A DNA stretch of 64,000 nucleotides from Mustelus asterias (GCF_964213995.1 NC_135818.1:61256001-61320000), one strand, 5' to 3'; counted from the stretch's first letter, positions 1 to 10,669 are shown. The notes: generated by a model from the sequence alone, not told the origin. A program made the numbers and translations.

Positions 1-260
1 GAAGAGATTTGATCGAGGTATTCAAAATCATGAAGGGTCTGGAACATGTAGGTAGGGGAAAACTGTCCCTACTATTTAAAGAAACAAGAATGAAAGGCCA
101 CAGATTTAAAATAATTGGTAAAAGAAGCAAAAGCGATATGAGAAAGAACTTTTATCACACAGGGAGGATTAAGACTGGAATGCACTGCCTGAGAGTGTGG
201 TGGAGGCAGGTGCATTGAGGCATTCAAACGGCAATTAGACTTTTGCCTAAAGGAAAGACC
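1..260 (+). mobile_element. Degenerate CR1 3' fragment
   Basis: IEVFKIMKG..TRMKGHRFKI..MRKNF motif of the CR1 ORF2 C-terminus. Confidence 0.75.
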
Positions 261-324
261 ATTGATTCTAGTAAGATTTCTTCTTGAGTAGGAAAACCAA
301 TGTCTTCTGAGATAGACTCTTTCC

Positions 325-633
325 TTCAAAGACTATTTCCTCGGGTGGATGGAGCTATTACAAGGGGGCATAACTATAGGGGTCGTGGTGGGAGATACAG
401 GAAGGATATCAGAGGTAGGTTCTTTACGCAGAGAGTGGTTGGGGTGTGGAATGGACTGCCTGCAGTGATAGTGGAGTCAGACACTTCAGGAACATTTAAG
501 CGGTTATTGGATAGGCACATGGAGCACACCAGGATGATAGGGAGTGGGATAGCTTGATCTTGGTTTCAGATAAAGCTCGGCACAACATCGTGGGCCGAAG
601 GGCCTGTTCTGTGCTGTACTGTTCTATGTTCTA
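325..633 (+). mobile_element. CR1 3' end
   Basis: RLFPRV..TRGHNY..FFTQRVVGVWNGLP; tail tgttctatgttcta. Confidence 0.85.
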
Positions 634-1756
634 TAAACTCACAACTTTTAAGTAGCAGCTCTGGTTTACCTACAGGCAATAGTGCAAGAGAATTCCAATC
701 CTTCCTTTGATTGATCCTATTGAGTTCAAAGCTCAAAGAAAATGGGACTGCATACACCCTACAATTGAACCATGGTGACATGTGGGGTGATTTCATGTGT
801 TAGGATGGTTGAATCTATCTCCAGCCACCTTCATCTGCAATAACTGATTCTAAGAGGTCGATTTTGATAATGGGTGGTTTGCATGCATGCCAAAGGAGTA
901 TAAGTAATGTTGAGAAATACTATTTCATTGTATAGTTATTATTAAAATAGTCCAATGAAAACAAAGAAGCATATGCCACCTTTCCATTTATCAAGTGAGC
1001 CCAGCATCTGCTGCTTTTCACTAGAATAATGACTCCTGACCCACAGAATGCAAAAACCAAGTGATGACGTAACGTGCCACACAAGAATTAAGCTGTATTA
1101 ATTCATGGCACAAGATAAAAAAACTTTGAAGTTTGACTGTGAAAAGCTGGAACCTAACTCTGTACTAATTTAGAAATCCTGAATATGTCCAAACATCAAT
1201 ATTCCTATTATTCCTCAATCTAGTTTTTCTTTCTACTGCTTCAGTTATTTTCTCTTTCCTTATCCATTTTTCCTGTTAGTCACTCTGACACTTTGCTCCA
1301 ATTACTTGCAGCAATAACATTACCATATAGCCCAGCCACAGGGAAGACCAGGTGACTAAAGGAGAGTGGGAACAAACATACACTATGAACATCAGAGTGA
1401 AAGGCAGCAAGAATTTGGCTTAGCATATCTGATGCAGAGTAGTCCAAGAAGCCTACTTCATGGAATACTGCCATGCAATCAATATTTCTACATGTGAAGT
1501 TTTAAAATTACATCTATTGCAGCAACTGGTTCTGCACCACTCCAGGCAATAACAGGTAATTTCGTAGGTTATACACATCGTGGTTGGATAGTACAACTTA
1601 TCAAGCAGTATATATATATATATATATCCCATGTTATTCATCCCTTACAACAAAGAACTCTATTGAAAATTTGAACTCCATCCTAACACTATCCTCATCA
1701 AAGTGAGATGGGAGACTTACAGATATAAGTACAGATGGATTTTTTAAAATTTAATA

Positions 1757-2005
1757 TAGTGTCACAAGTAGGTTTACATTAACACTGCAATGAAGTTACT
1801 TTGAAAATCCCCTAGTCCCACACTCCAGCGCCTGTTCGGGTACACAGAGAGAGTTTAGTATGGCCAATGCACCTAACCAGCACGTCTTTGGGAGGAAACC
1901 CACACAGACACGGGGGGAACGTGCAGACTCCACACAGTCACCCAAGCTGGGAATTGAACCCGGGTCCCTGGCACTGTGAGGCAGCAGTGCTGATCACTGT
2001 GCCAC
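1757..2005 (-). mobile_element. tRNA-derived shark-type SINE
   Basis: ggtggcacagtg..agcactgctgcctcacag..gggttcaattcc (A/B box-like head) and a shared body; many copies in window. Confidence 0.8.
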
Positions 2006-2782
2006 CTAATGGTGTAGTACCCCCAGTTATTTCTAATGATCTTTTATTTGTGGTCAAGTTAAAAAAGATGAATAATAAACACAATGCACGTGGCCTTGGA
2101 AAGATACATACCATATTTTACAAATGTATCAAGGTCAACTATTTCAATATCGCACTGCTGTTACGTCATGTTTCTCAAAGGGAGGATAAACATAAAAATC
2201 AAAAGGATGCCAAAATAAGCAAAAACGTTCGGAGGAAAGAAAACTCACTGAAAACAAATCAAAATAAATTAACAGCTGACACTTGCTGACAGACTCACTC
2301 AGCTGTGTTTTCCTTTCCCAGAGTTTCTTATCCTGACCTAATGATTTCCAATACCGGCCCCCACTCCAACTTCGTTTTTTTCCTCTTTTCGACGGTATAT
2401 CTCTTTTCTCCCTCTTCCATATTATATATCAGATTGCGGTCAACATAACGGGCATTGGGTGGTGTAATGCTGTTGACCATGATGGCCCTCAAAGTACAAG
2501 ACAGCAATAGAAACGACCATGTTGCTGGTGCCAGATACGACATTGAAATCTCTGAAATCAGTAGCAGGCACCAGATGATTTAATTTCTCAACTTCGCACA
2601 GTGTAAACACGCACAAGAACCAAAAACCTCGTACTAGGATGGAAATGATCTTGCATCTTCTGAGCATTATACTGGTTTCTAATCCACAAAAGGCTAGACA
2701 GATGGAAGGTGTAACCCAATCTGTAAGTGCCCGGGCGCTAGCAGGATCCAGCCGGGCTCTGCCCCTGGGACCAGAAACTTAC

Positions 2783-2878
2783 CACATAACCACCCCACAC
2801 ATACAGATAGTTGCCATCGAGAACCGCACAGTGGCCGCTTCTCTCCTCTGCCACCCAGTTAATTGCGGAATCGGCCAT
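2783..2878 (-). CDS. KLHDC1: Kelch domain-containing protein 1, coding exon 1 (rest of gene lies left of the window)
   Basis: Minus strand reads ATG..MADSAINWVAEERSGHCAVLDGNYLYVWGGYV then a GTAAGT donor. Closely resembles the vertebrate KLHDC1 N-terminus (MADSQLFCVAEERSGHCAVVDGNFLYVWGGYV). CpG-rich context; head-to-head with POLE2 as in other vertebrates. Confidence 0.92.
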
Positions 2879-3226
2879 TTCCGCCCCTCAGTCCGCTCCG
2901 CTGTCCCATCCGGGCCTTCGACAGGGGGAGGAGGGACGATCCGGGAAGTGAAACAAGCTCAAAATGCAACAGCAGCAACAACAACGACTGCTGACAGTCA
3001 CAGGCAAAGGATGCAGTGTCTGCTCTTGCAGTTAAAACCATTTCGAGTTGTTAAATGAAACACGAATGCATTTCCTATTTTTATCATTTATGTTATGCAG
3101 TGCTCCTGTGCATAGTACTTTTATAGAATATATATATAGGATGTGTCACAGCTTGGTTATGGCTCCTGTTCTGACCAAGACTGCAAGAAACTACAAAGAG
3201 TTGTGAAGGAAGCCCAGTACATACAC

Positions 3227-3791
3227 CAGTGGTTCCCAAAGGGTGCGGCGCGCCACACTGGTGCGGCGAGAGAGGATGGCAAGTGTGGCGGGAAGATTCA
3301 AGGACAATCAAATAAACATTTAAACATGGATAGATATTTTTATGTAGCTGCATTGTGTGGTAAACCACTGTTAGCTTATTACCTGTATATGTGACATGCC
3401 TGGACACATCCCTGCCGGCCCTACCTGAGACTCCTTCCCCCCCCCCCCCCGGTCCAGGTATAAAGGTGACTGCTCCCCACCCCCCTGCCTCAGTCTAGAC
3501 CAGTTCATCGGCATAGGTGTGCTCCAAGTCTTTTGCTAATAAAAGCCTATTTGTTCTTGCATACAAACTAGTCTTTGCTCGATTGATGGTGCATCACATT
3601 GTTTTACACTTTCTGGATGTCCTATGATCATATTATAAAGTAGTTGTGTTCTATGTTATGAATCAAGCACTGCTAGGAGTTGTTTTTTTTTTGTTTTTGA
3701 ATGTATTTCTTATCAATAAAAAATTCGGTGTGGCGCCAGCAAATTTTTATTCCGCAAGTGCGGCCCAGTGAAAAAAGTTTGGGAACCACTG
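3227..3791. mobile_element. Non-autonomous hAT-type MITE
   Basis: TIRs cagtggttcccaaa / tttgggaaccactg; 8-bp TSD acatacac (3219-3226, 3792-3799); second copy at 37019. Confidence 0.9.
3356..3596 (+). mobile_element. Solo LTR (Gypsy-like) inserted in the hAT MITE
   Basis: TG...CA ends, 5-bp TSD cattg, internal TATAAA and AATAAA; absent from the 37019 copy of the MITE. Confidence 0.85.
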
Positions 3792-4199
3792 ACATACACA
3801 ACCAGCCTCCCATCCATTGACTCCGTCTACACTTCCCGCTGGCTCAGAAAAGCAGCCAGCATAATCAAGTACCCCACGCACCCCAGACATACTCTCTTCC
3901 ACCTTCTTCTATCAGGAAAAAGGTACAAAAGTCTGAGAATATGTACCAACCGACTCAAAAATAGCTTCTTCTCTACTGCCATCTGACTTTTGAATGGACT
4001 TACCATATATTAAGCTGATCTTCTCTACACCTTATCTGTGACTGCAATACTCTATTCTGCACCCTCTTCTTTCCGTCTCCCTTATGTACTCTATGAACGC
4101 TAGGTCTCTATAGTGCATAAGAAACAATACTTTTCACTGTATCCCAATACATGTGACAATAATAAACCAAATCAAATCATATATTCATAGACAGTCTCT

Positions 4200-5715
4200 C
4201 AGGATGGAGGATGAATTGCTTCCATTCCAGCTTGATGGGTCCTGAGATGGTTGATGAATCCAACGAGTGACCTGCAGACGTTGCCACATGTGGTGCTTGG
4301 TCGGGTAGCTTGCTTGGAGCATGTGCACTCTTTCTGACTTCACTTCTGCATGTTCCCAACAAAACGCTCATAATTTTCTCCCTCTTCCATATTACATATC
4401 AGATTGCGGTCAACATAATGGGCAGCATGGTGGTGTACTGCTTTTGGCCAAGATGGCCCTCAAAGTACAAGACAGCAATAGAAATGACCATGTTGCTGGT
4501 GCCAGATACGACATTGATATGTCATCTCTGAAATCAGTAGAAGGCACCAGACAATTTAATTTCTGAACACAGTGTAAACCCGTACATGTACACGAACAAA
4601 AACCTAGTATTAGAGTGGAGATGATCTTGTATCTTCTGAGCATTACACTGGTTTCTAATCCACAAAATGCCAAACAGATGGAAGGTGTAACCCAATCTGT
4701 AAGTGTCTGGGCAATGGGCGATAGCAGGGTCCAGCCAGACTCTGCACTGGGACCAGAAACTTACCACATGACCAACCCACACATACAGATAGTTGCCATG
4801 AGAACCACACAGTGGCCGTTTCTCTCCTCTGCCACCCAGTTAATTAATCTCTCACAATTTTCAGTGCCTTTGAACTTCCTCCATTTTGGTTGGTCACAGG
4901 TCAGTCTCCCATGAATCGGCGGGAATATTTGATCTTTTCAGGGATGCTTTGAGTACATCCCTAAAGCATTTCCGCTGTCCTCCTGGGAATCTCCTGTTGC
5001 AACCGAGCTCCTAGTAGTGCAGCTGCTTTGGGAGTTGATGTCAGGCATATGAAAATATGTCCTGGCCAGCAGAACAATTTATGAGTGATTATCATCTCGA
5101 CACTGGGCATGTTGGCTTGAGAGAGGACAGTACTGTTGGACTGCCTTTCTTGCCACAGCATTTAGAGGACTTGCAAAGGCATACTGGTGGTATTTCTCCA
5201 GTGCTCTAAGGTGCCTGCATAGATTGTCCGAGTCTCAAAAGGAACATGCAACATGGGATCACTGTTGCCCAGTAAACCATGACCTTAGTGACCATGTTTC
5301 ACATCCTGGTTCAGAAATGCTCTTTTCCTTAATAGACCAAAGGCTGAGCTGTCACACTGGAGGCGATGATGAATTTAATCGCCTAAGTCTGCCTTCATTG
5401 AGGAGGCTCCCTGGATGTGGAAAATGATCCACATTTTCCAGGATCCCACCTTTGATTGTAGTTGATAGGGAGGTGTTGTGCAGTGGAAGCTGTTGGAAGA
5501 GAACCTTAGCCTTCTAGATGTTTAGTGAAAGGCCCATTTATATGCTTTGGAGAAGATGCCTACAATGACTTGGAGCTCAGTTTCTGAGTGAGTGCACACA
5601 AACATGATCTGCATTCAAGAGCTCAATGACTGAGGTTGTAGTGGTTTTGGTTTCAGATTGAAGGGGGTGCAGGTTGGAGAGTTTCCCATCTGTTCTGTAA
5701 ATTATCTCCACACTG
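4200..5715 (-). mobile_element. Degenerate RTE-clade LINE, interrupted by the KLHDC1 fragment copy
   Basis: Minus-strand remnants resembling ..EIIYRTDGKL.NL.. and GGQRK.F.DVLKASLK..NI..DSWE..D..KWR, typical of RTE ORF. Confidence 0.7.
4374..4845 (-). pseudogene. Duplicated fragment of KLHDC1 exon 1 (lacking the first 5 codons, frameshifted) plus ~380 bp of intron 1
   Basis: Colinear direct copy of 2404-2864 with substitutions and small indels. GTAAGT donor retained; 1-nt deletion (ctcgatggc to ctcatggc). Flanked by ctcataattttc (4367-4378) and ctcacaattttc (4851-4862). Confidence 0.88.
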
Positions 5716-5965
5716 TATAAAGCATGAACCTGGTTCCACTTTTCCTTTTAGTACCCTTTAGCCCTGTCTCTCCTTTCAGAACAATTTTTTCTCTACACCT
5801 TCTCTGCCTGCTGGTAATCTGTTACCCTCTTGCTAAAAGTATACTGCCTAAAAATGTGAGTAAATTAAATTCTCCTTTGATATCTAATATAAGATTTTAA
5901 ATCCTAAATCTGAAATTTTCCCTCATTTAAATGAAATGTGGACCTCCTCAAAATTAAATAGCCAG

Positions 5966-6070
5966 ATGATAATAAAAACAGAAAATGCTGGAAAAACCCA
6001 GCAGGTCTGGCAGCATCTGTGGTGAGAGAAATGGAGTTAACTTTTTGAGTCCGTATGACTTTTTTAGAGT
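5966..6070 (-). mobile_element. Short terminal fragment of the older Penelope-like family
   Basis: aaaacagaaaatgctggaaaaa..cagcaggtctggcagcatctgtgg..gagtccgtatgac; related pieces occur near 41900 and 53880-53950. Confidence 0.5.
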
Positions 6071-7816
6071 CTATATTCTCTGCTGCTCCTATTCACTTCA
6101 TTCCTTTCAAACTTATCCTCCACAGCCTTACATCTTGCTTTGCTCTACCATTTCTGCTACCTCAGCATTTCACCAAGGTCTGACTAATTTCTCCCAAATT
6201 TTCTCTCCTTTTCATCCACTCCCTATACTCCGTTTTTAAAAATTCATTATTATGACTGGGGGAGTCAACACCCATGGGAACCCATAGCCTGGGCAGAGTC
6301 CATGTCCATTAATTTCCATTATTAAATAAGACACTTCCTAAAACTTACCTCTTTGACCAAGCCAGATGACAATACTGCAGTGATATATGCTGGCATATCT
6401 AACATTTTATCTGTTTGTTATTGTCACCAGTTTTGGGTACAGACAACACTTAAACTGCAGTTGACTTGGGTAAAGACAACATTTAAACCCAGAGTTCTCA
6501 ATTTCTAAGCTTTAATAACTTGTGCACAAGTGAGACCACAAAGCAGAGCAAATGCAGGGAGTTCTGTTGATTCATACAGAAAATGCATTAGTTATAGTTA
6601 ATTACAGCAAATGAGAAATTAGCAACTTTCTAATCCTTCATTTGCATACATATCCACCAATCATAGCATAACCTTTTGCCCTTTCTTATCCAATAGAAAA
6701 CTGTCTCCTGCCAATCCTTCATTAGCATATGTCCCCATATCTTGCTATTTGGAAATTGTCATGGTAACTTGTTCTTTGTTTTCATCCTGTGTCCTGGCCT
6801 GGAATGCAGTGTTTATGGAACAAGGTTTTAGATTTAGTCACCTATCCTGAATGCATAAGCGCTGGCCTTGTTTGGCTAATAGTCGTTTTCCATTACTTGA
6901 CAGACTTTTTTTTTGACAATTATGGAACTTTAATTTTCACAATTGTTTGTAACTTAACATCCATATTATCACATTGCAGAAATAGGTTGATATTTTTCCT
7001 ACAATTGTACAGTGACTACATTCCAAAAGTACTTTAATTGGTTGTAAAATGCTTTGGGATATCTTAAGTTCTGAAAGGCATAAAATATAAGTCTTTTTTC
7101 CACCTATTTCATTATTTGAGAATGTACTTTAGTATATGCATTTATTTACATATTTTAGGCTGCATACAGTGACACCACAAGTGCTGGACTGAATGGAAAG
7201 GTTTAAGTAATTCTCCCATCAATCACACCTGCAAGTGACTAGGATTGATTTTACATATTATTATGTAATAATACTTACTGTACTTAGCTGGAGAAATAAT
7301 CGAGAGGCTCTGAATCGGTCATGCATTTTGTTTGCTGCAATTTGTAAAGACTCGACTTAATAGACATTGATGAGTAAATTGTTGTATTCTGTAAGTCCCA
7401 CCCCACTTCAAACTCATTGGCTAACACAATGATGCCAATAATCATTTTGTTTTCACTGTTCTTTTTCACTATGCCATCCATTGTCATTAAAAAAAATTAA
7501 TCTTTGACCATGCCATCTTCCCAGCTGCCTCTATTTATCCATTTTACCCTAAGCAGCTCCTTGCTTCATTGATATCACTATCTCTTAATTCCGACATCCT
7601 TTCCAGTCTGTATTCTCTGTGGTTCCTACTCCATTAATTTCAAACTTACTCCCACAGCCATACATCTTGCTTTGTTCTATCATTTCTACTACCTCAGCAC
7701 TTCACCAAGGTCTGACTAATTTCTCTCAAATTCCATCTCCTTTTCATCCACTCCCAATATGCCATATTTCCATTATTAAGTAAGACAATTCTTAAAACCT
7801 ACTTCTTTGACTAAGC
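6071..7816. repeat. Dispersed direct duplication (6071-6362 vs 7607-7816)
   Basis: Shared blocks such as ctacctcagca.ttcaccaaggtctgactaatttctc..ctccttttcatccactccc and atttccattattaa.taagaca..; the first copy has an extra ~80-bp insert. Confidence 0.8.
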
Positions 7817-8029
7817 TTTTGGTCATCTGACCTAATGTATCTTTATGTGGCTTGGTGTCATATATTTATTTATAAGGCTTCTGTGAAATACCTTGGGACA
7901 TTTCATTACCTTAAATGTGCTATATAAATAAAAGTTGTTGTTGTTAGATTTCCTTTACATCTTCTTCAGTCTGCTCCTACTGCAGTCCTTCCATTCTCTC
8001 CTGTGCTCATACTTAATAATTTCCCCCAA

Positions 8030-8230
8030 AGCAGGAGCCATACCAAGCTGTGCTACACCCAGAAAGAATGCTTTCTATGGTGCATCTGTAAAAGTTGGTG
8101 AGAGTCGTAGCTGACATGCCAAATTTCCTTAGTCTTCTGAGACTGTAGAGGCCTTGGTGGGCTTTCTTAACTAATGTCGGCATAGGGTACCAGGTCAACT
8201 TGTTGATGATCTGGACACCTAAAAACTTGA
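8030..8230 (-). mobile_element. Rex/Babar LINE fragment
   Basis: KKAHQGLYSLRRLRKFGMSATTLTNFYRCTIESILSGCSTAWYGSC. Confidence 0.8.
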
Positions 8231-8232
8231 AA

Positions 8233-8468
8233 ATCCCTTAGTCACCACACTCTGGCGCCTGTTCAGCTACACTGAGGGAGAATTTAGCATGGCCAATACA
8301 CCTAACCAGCACGCCTTTTGGACTGTGGGAGGAAACCGGAGCACCTGGAGGAAACCCATGCAGACATGGGGAGAAGGTGCAAACTCCACATAGACAGTGA
8401 CCCAATCTGGGAATCAAACCCTGGTCCCTGGCACTGTGAAGCAGCCGTGCTAACCACTGTGCCGCCCA
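8233..8468 (-). mobile_element. tRNA-derived SINE
   Basis: Same family as 1757-2005. Confidence 0.8.
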
Positions 8469-8693
8469 TAAGTTTTGGTTGGGAATTTCAACCTGAAGCT
8501 TCTGGCTCAAATGGTAGGGTGCTAGCTAAACACAGCTCTACAAAAGCTGCCAGACCCCAAAATGTTCTACCTCTTCAATGCTATCACACGCCACAACCAC
8601 AGAGGGAGACTCATTATCTTGTATTGGATAAATAACCTCGATCTTGCTCCGTAAGGAGGGTGACAGTAGCTTTTAGGACATGTTAATGCTGCT

Positions 8694-9135
8694 GGTGGAG
8701 ATAAACACAGTAAGAAGTTTAACAACACCAGGTTAAAGTCCAACAGGTTTATTTGGTAGCAAAAGCCACACAAGCTTTCGGATTCAAAATACATGAATTT
8801 TAAACCCTTAATTATTGAACTTTCTTAACAAAGGAAAATGTTAATTGCATTTTATATACGCACATATGAAGTATTATTTTAGTACTGAACTGCACGGGGA
8901 CGCGTTATAATGGAAAGGAACCATTTTAACATAAACTTGCTAACATTGACGGTGTGCTTTCTGACATTTCTCAGATCTGTGAAGCAGTTGGTTTTGTAAT
9001 ACATTATTCTCTACTCACGATCTCAGGATTTGCTACCAAATAAACCTGTTGGACTTTAACCTGGTGTTGTTAAACTTCTTACTGTGTTTACCCCAGTCCA
9101 ACGCCGGCATCTCCACACGGTGGAGATAAACACAG
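8694..9135. mobile_element. Composite insertion: two inverted Penelope-like ends enclosing an inverted copy of host POLE2 sequence, with 17-bp target duplication
   Basis: ggtggagataaacacag at 8694-8710 and 9119-9135. Arms 8702-8782 and 9029-9117 match the ends of the PLE at 49483-52853. Core 8783-9030 is the reverse complement of 9294-9541 (247/248 by eye). Confidence 0.9.
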
Positions 9136-9220
9136 AGTCAGTCCCAGCTGTTTTATGAATGAGCAGCTTGGCGCCCTTCCAAGAAGCCGTCTGCGTTCCG
9201 CTTTGTGACGAATGCGGCGA

Positions 9221-9232
9221 TTTGGCGCCAAA
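9221..9232. promoter_or_regulatory. Palindromic double E2F site TTTGGCGCCAAA just upstream of the POLE2 ATG (second TTGGCGC at 9168)
   Basis: Matches the E2F consensus TTTSSCGC on both strands; POLE2 is a replication gene of the E2F-regulated class. Confidence 0.65.
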
Positions 9233-9240
9233 GCTGCAGG

Positions 9241-9305
9241 ATGGCGACTAAAGTCAAGAGCAAAGTTTCAGCTGCTTTTAAAATGCACGGATTAATCCTG
9301 AGATC
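9241..9305 (+). CDS. POLE2: DNA polymerase epsilon subunit 2, exon 1
   Basis: ATG MATKVKSKVSAAFKMHGLILR(S), GTGAGT donor; homologous to the POLE2 N-terminus (..SAFKLRGLLLR). Confidence 0.9.
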
Positions 9306-9908
9306 GTGAGTAGAGAATAATGTATTACAAAACCAACTGCTTCACAGATCTGAGAAATGTCAGAAAGCACACCGTCAATGTTAGCAAGTTTATGTTAAAA
9401 TGGTTCCTTTCCATTATAACGCGTCCCCGTGCAGTTCAGTACTAAAATAATACTTCATATGTGCGTATATAAAATGCAATTAACATTTTCCTTTGTTAAG
9501 AAAGTACAATAATTAAGGGTTTAAAATTCATGTATTTTGAAATAAATATAAGCGAACCTCCAAGTCACGGTACATTGCTCCATATCCGCCTATTTTTGAA
9601 GTAACTTCATTTCCACAGCTTTTCCGGTTATTATTGTTCAGAGCTAATGTTGTTGATATGAGCTGTGTTCACTGGTGGAGTGCTTTGAGGAGGCAATTGC
9701 AGAGTTTGGGGGAAGGGGGCAACTGGTAAGGGGGGGAGGGGGTGAGGAATATACCACATACTGCTTTTCAGAGTTGTAAAGCTAAAAGGGGTATGAACAT
9801 AGGGAGGAAAGAAGCCATAAAGGAATAATTTTTAAATGGGAGGCATTGGATTATGAGGGTCTAATTCAGAGTTTACAAACACAGGTATGATGGCGGAGTG
9901 GGATTTTA

Positions 9909-10193
9909 AAGTTTATTTATCAGTGTCACAAGTAGGCTTGCATTAACATTACAATGAAGTTACTGTGAAAATCCCCTTGTTCGGGTGCACTGAGGGAGAA
10001 TTTAGCATAGCCAATGTACCTACCTAACCAGCACGTCTTTTGGACTGTGGGAGAAAACTGGAACACCTGGAGAAAACCCACACATATATAGGGAGAATGT
10101 GCAGACTCCGTACAGACAGTGACCCAAGCCAGGAATTGAACCCAAGTCCCTGATGCTGTGAGGCAGCAGTGCAAACCACTGTGCCACCGTGCC
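9909..10193 (-). mobile_element. tRNA-derived SINE
   Basis: Same family, with tail ..gtgacactgataaataaacttt. Confidence 0.82.
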
Positions 10194-10568
10194 ACTCCAT
10201 GCTGCAGTGTAGAATATGGGCAAGCAGAGTTTTGGACGAGTTGAAGTTTATAGGGGATAAAAGGGTGAGAGATCAACTTTTGAAATAGTTCCGTTTGAAT
10301 GTTTCCAGCCTGCCTCTGGAGATGGGGCCGGGACTAAATTTGGAAAGTAGTAGCCCCAATGCATTCCTGCCTCTGAGCACTTTTGCTAGAGGCTGCATCA
10401 CTGTGGCACTGGTTACTTGCCCAGCAGCTGGTGGCCAGTTTCTAAACAAACTACAATTTCACTTTCTAAACAAACTACAATTTTATCTTTCCTATTACAA
10501 TAAACCATGGTGTCTAGTTTTTAACAAAAGATTCATAATTCTCTATTGTTTTATTTCTCTATGATCAG

Positions 10569-10669
10569 TAATGCTGCCAAATTTCTTGTGGATGTTCTTG
10601 AGACAGTCAATGAGTTGGAGCTTGAAGATGCAATTGAACGCATCGTTGATGCAATTGAAAAACAACCAT
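10569..10669 (+). CDS. POLE2: POLE2 exon 2
   Basis: AG/GT bounded, 101 nt, NAAKFLVDVLETVNELELEDAIERIVDAIEKQP; phases fit neighbours. Confidence 0.93.

Larger units (their letters stand above)
3125..4180 (+). mobile_element. Rex/Babar-type LINE 3' end, interrupted by hAT MITE
   Basis: ..YGSCSDQDCKKLQRVV..AQ / TSLPSIDSVYTSR..RKAASIIK..HP..LL.SGKRY..RLKNSFF; tail aataaaccaaatcaaatca. Same family at ~8030-8230, ~44590-44943 and ~55517-55820. Confidence 0.75.

Noticed and set aside
1-2400. KLHDC1 exon 2
   Set aside because: No minus-strand segment resembling the expected next kelch peptide with splice sites was found by eye; probably left of the window.
8238-8635. Recurrent ORFs such as AQWLALLPHSARD..CLCGVCTFSPCL (also 15893, 25563, 57571) as a gene family or tRNA genes
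   Set aside because: They are translations of the same SINE family; the heads are tRNA-derived but do not form a full cloverleaf.
10439-10484. 24-bp tandem duplication (tttctaaacaaactacaattt x2); similar small one near 42471-42517
   Set aside because: Ordinary slippage-type duplications with no further structure.
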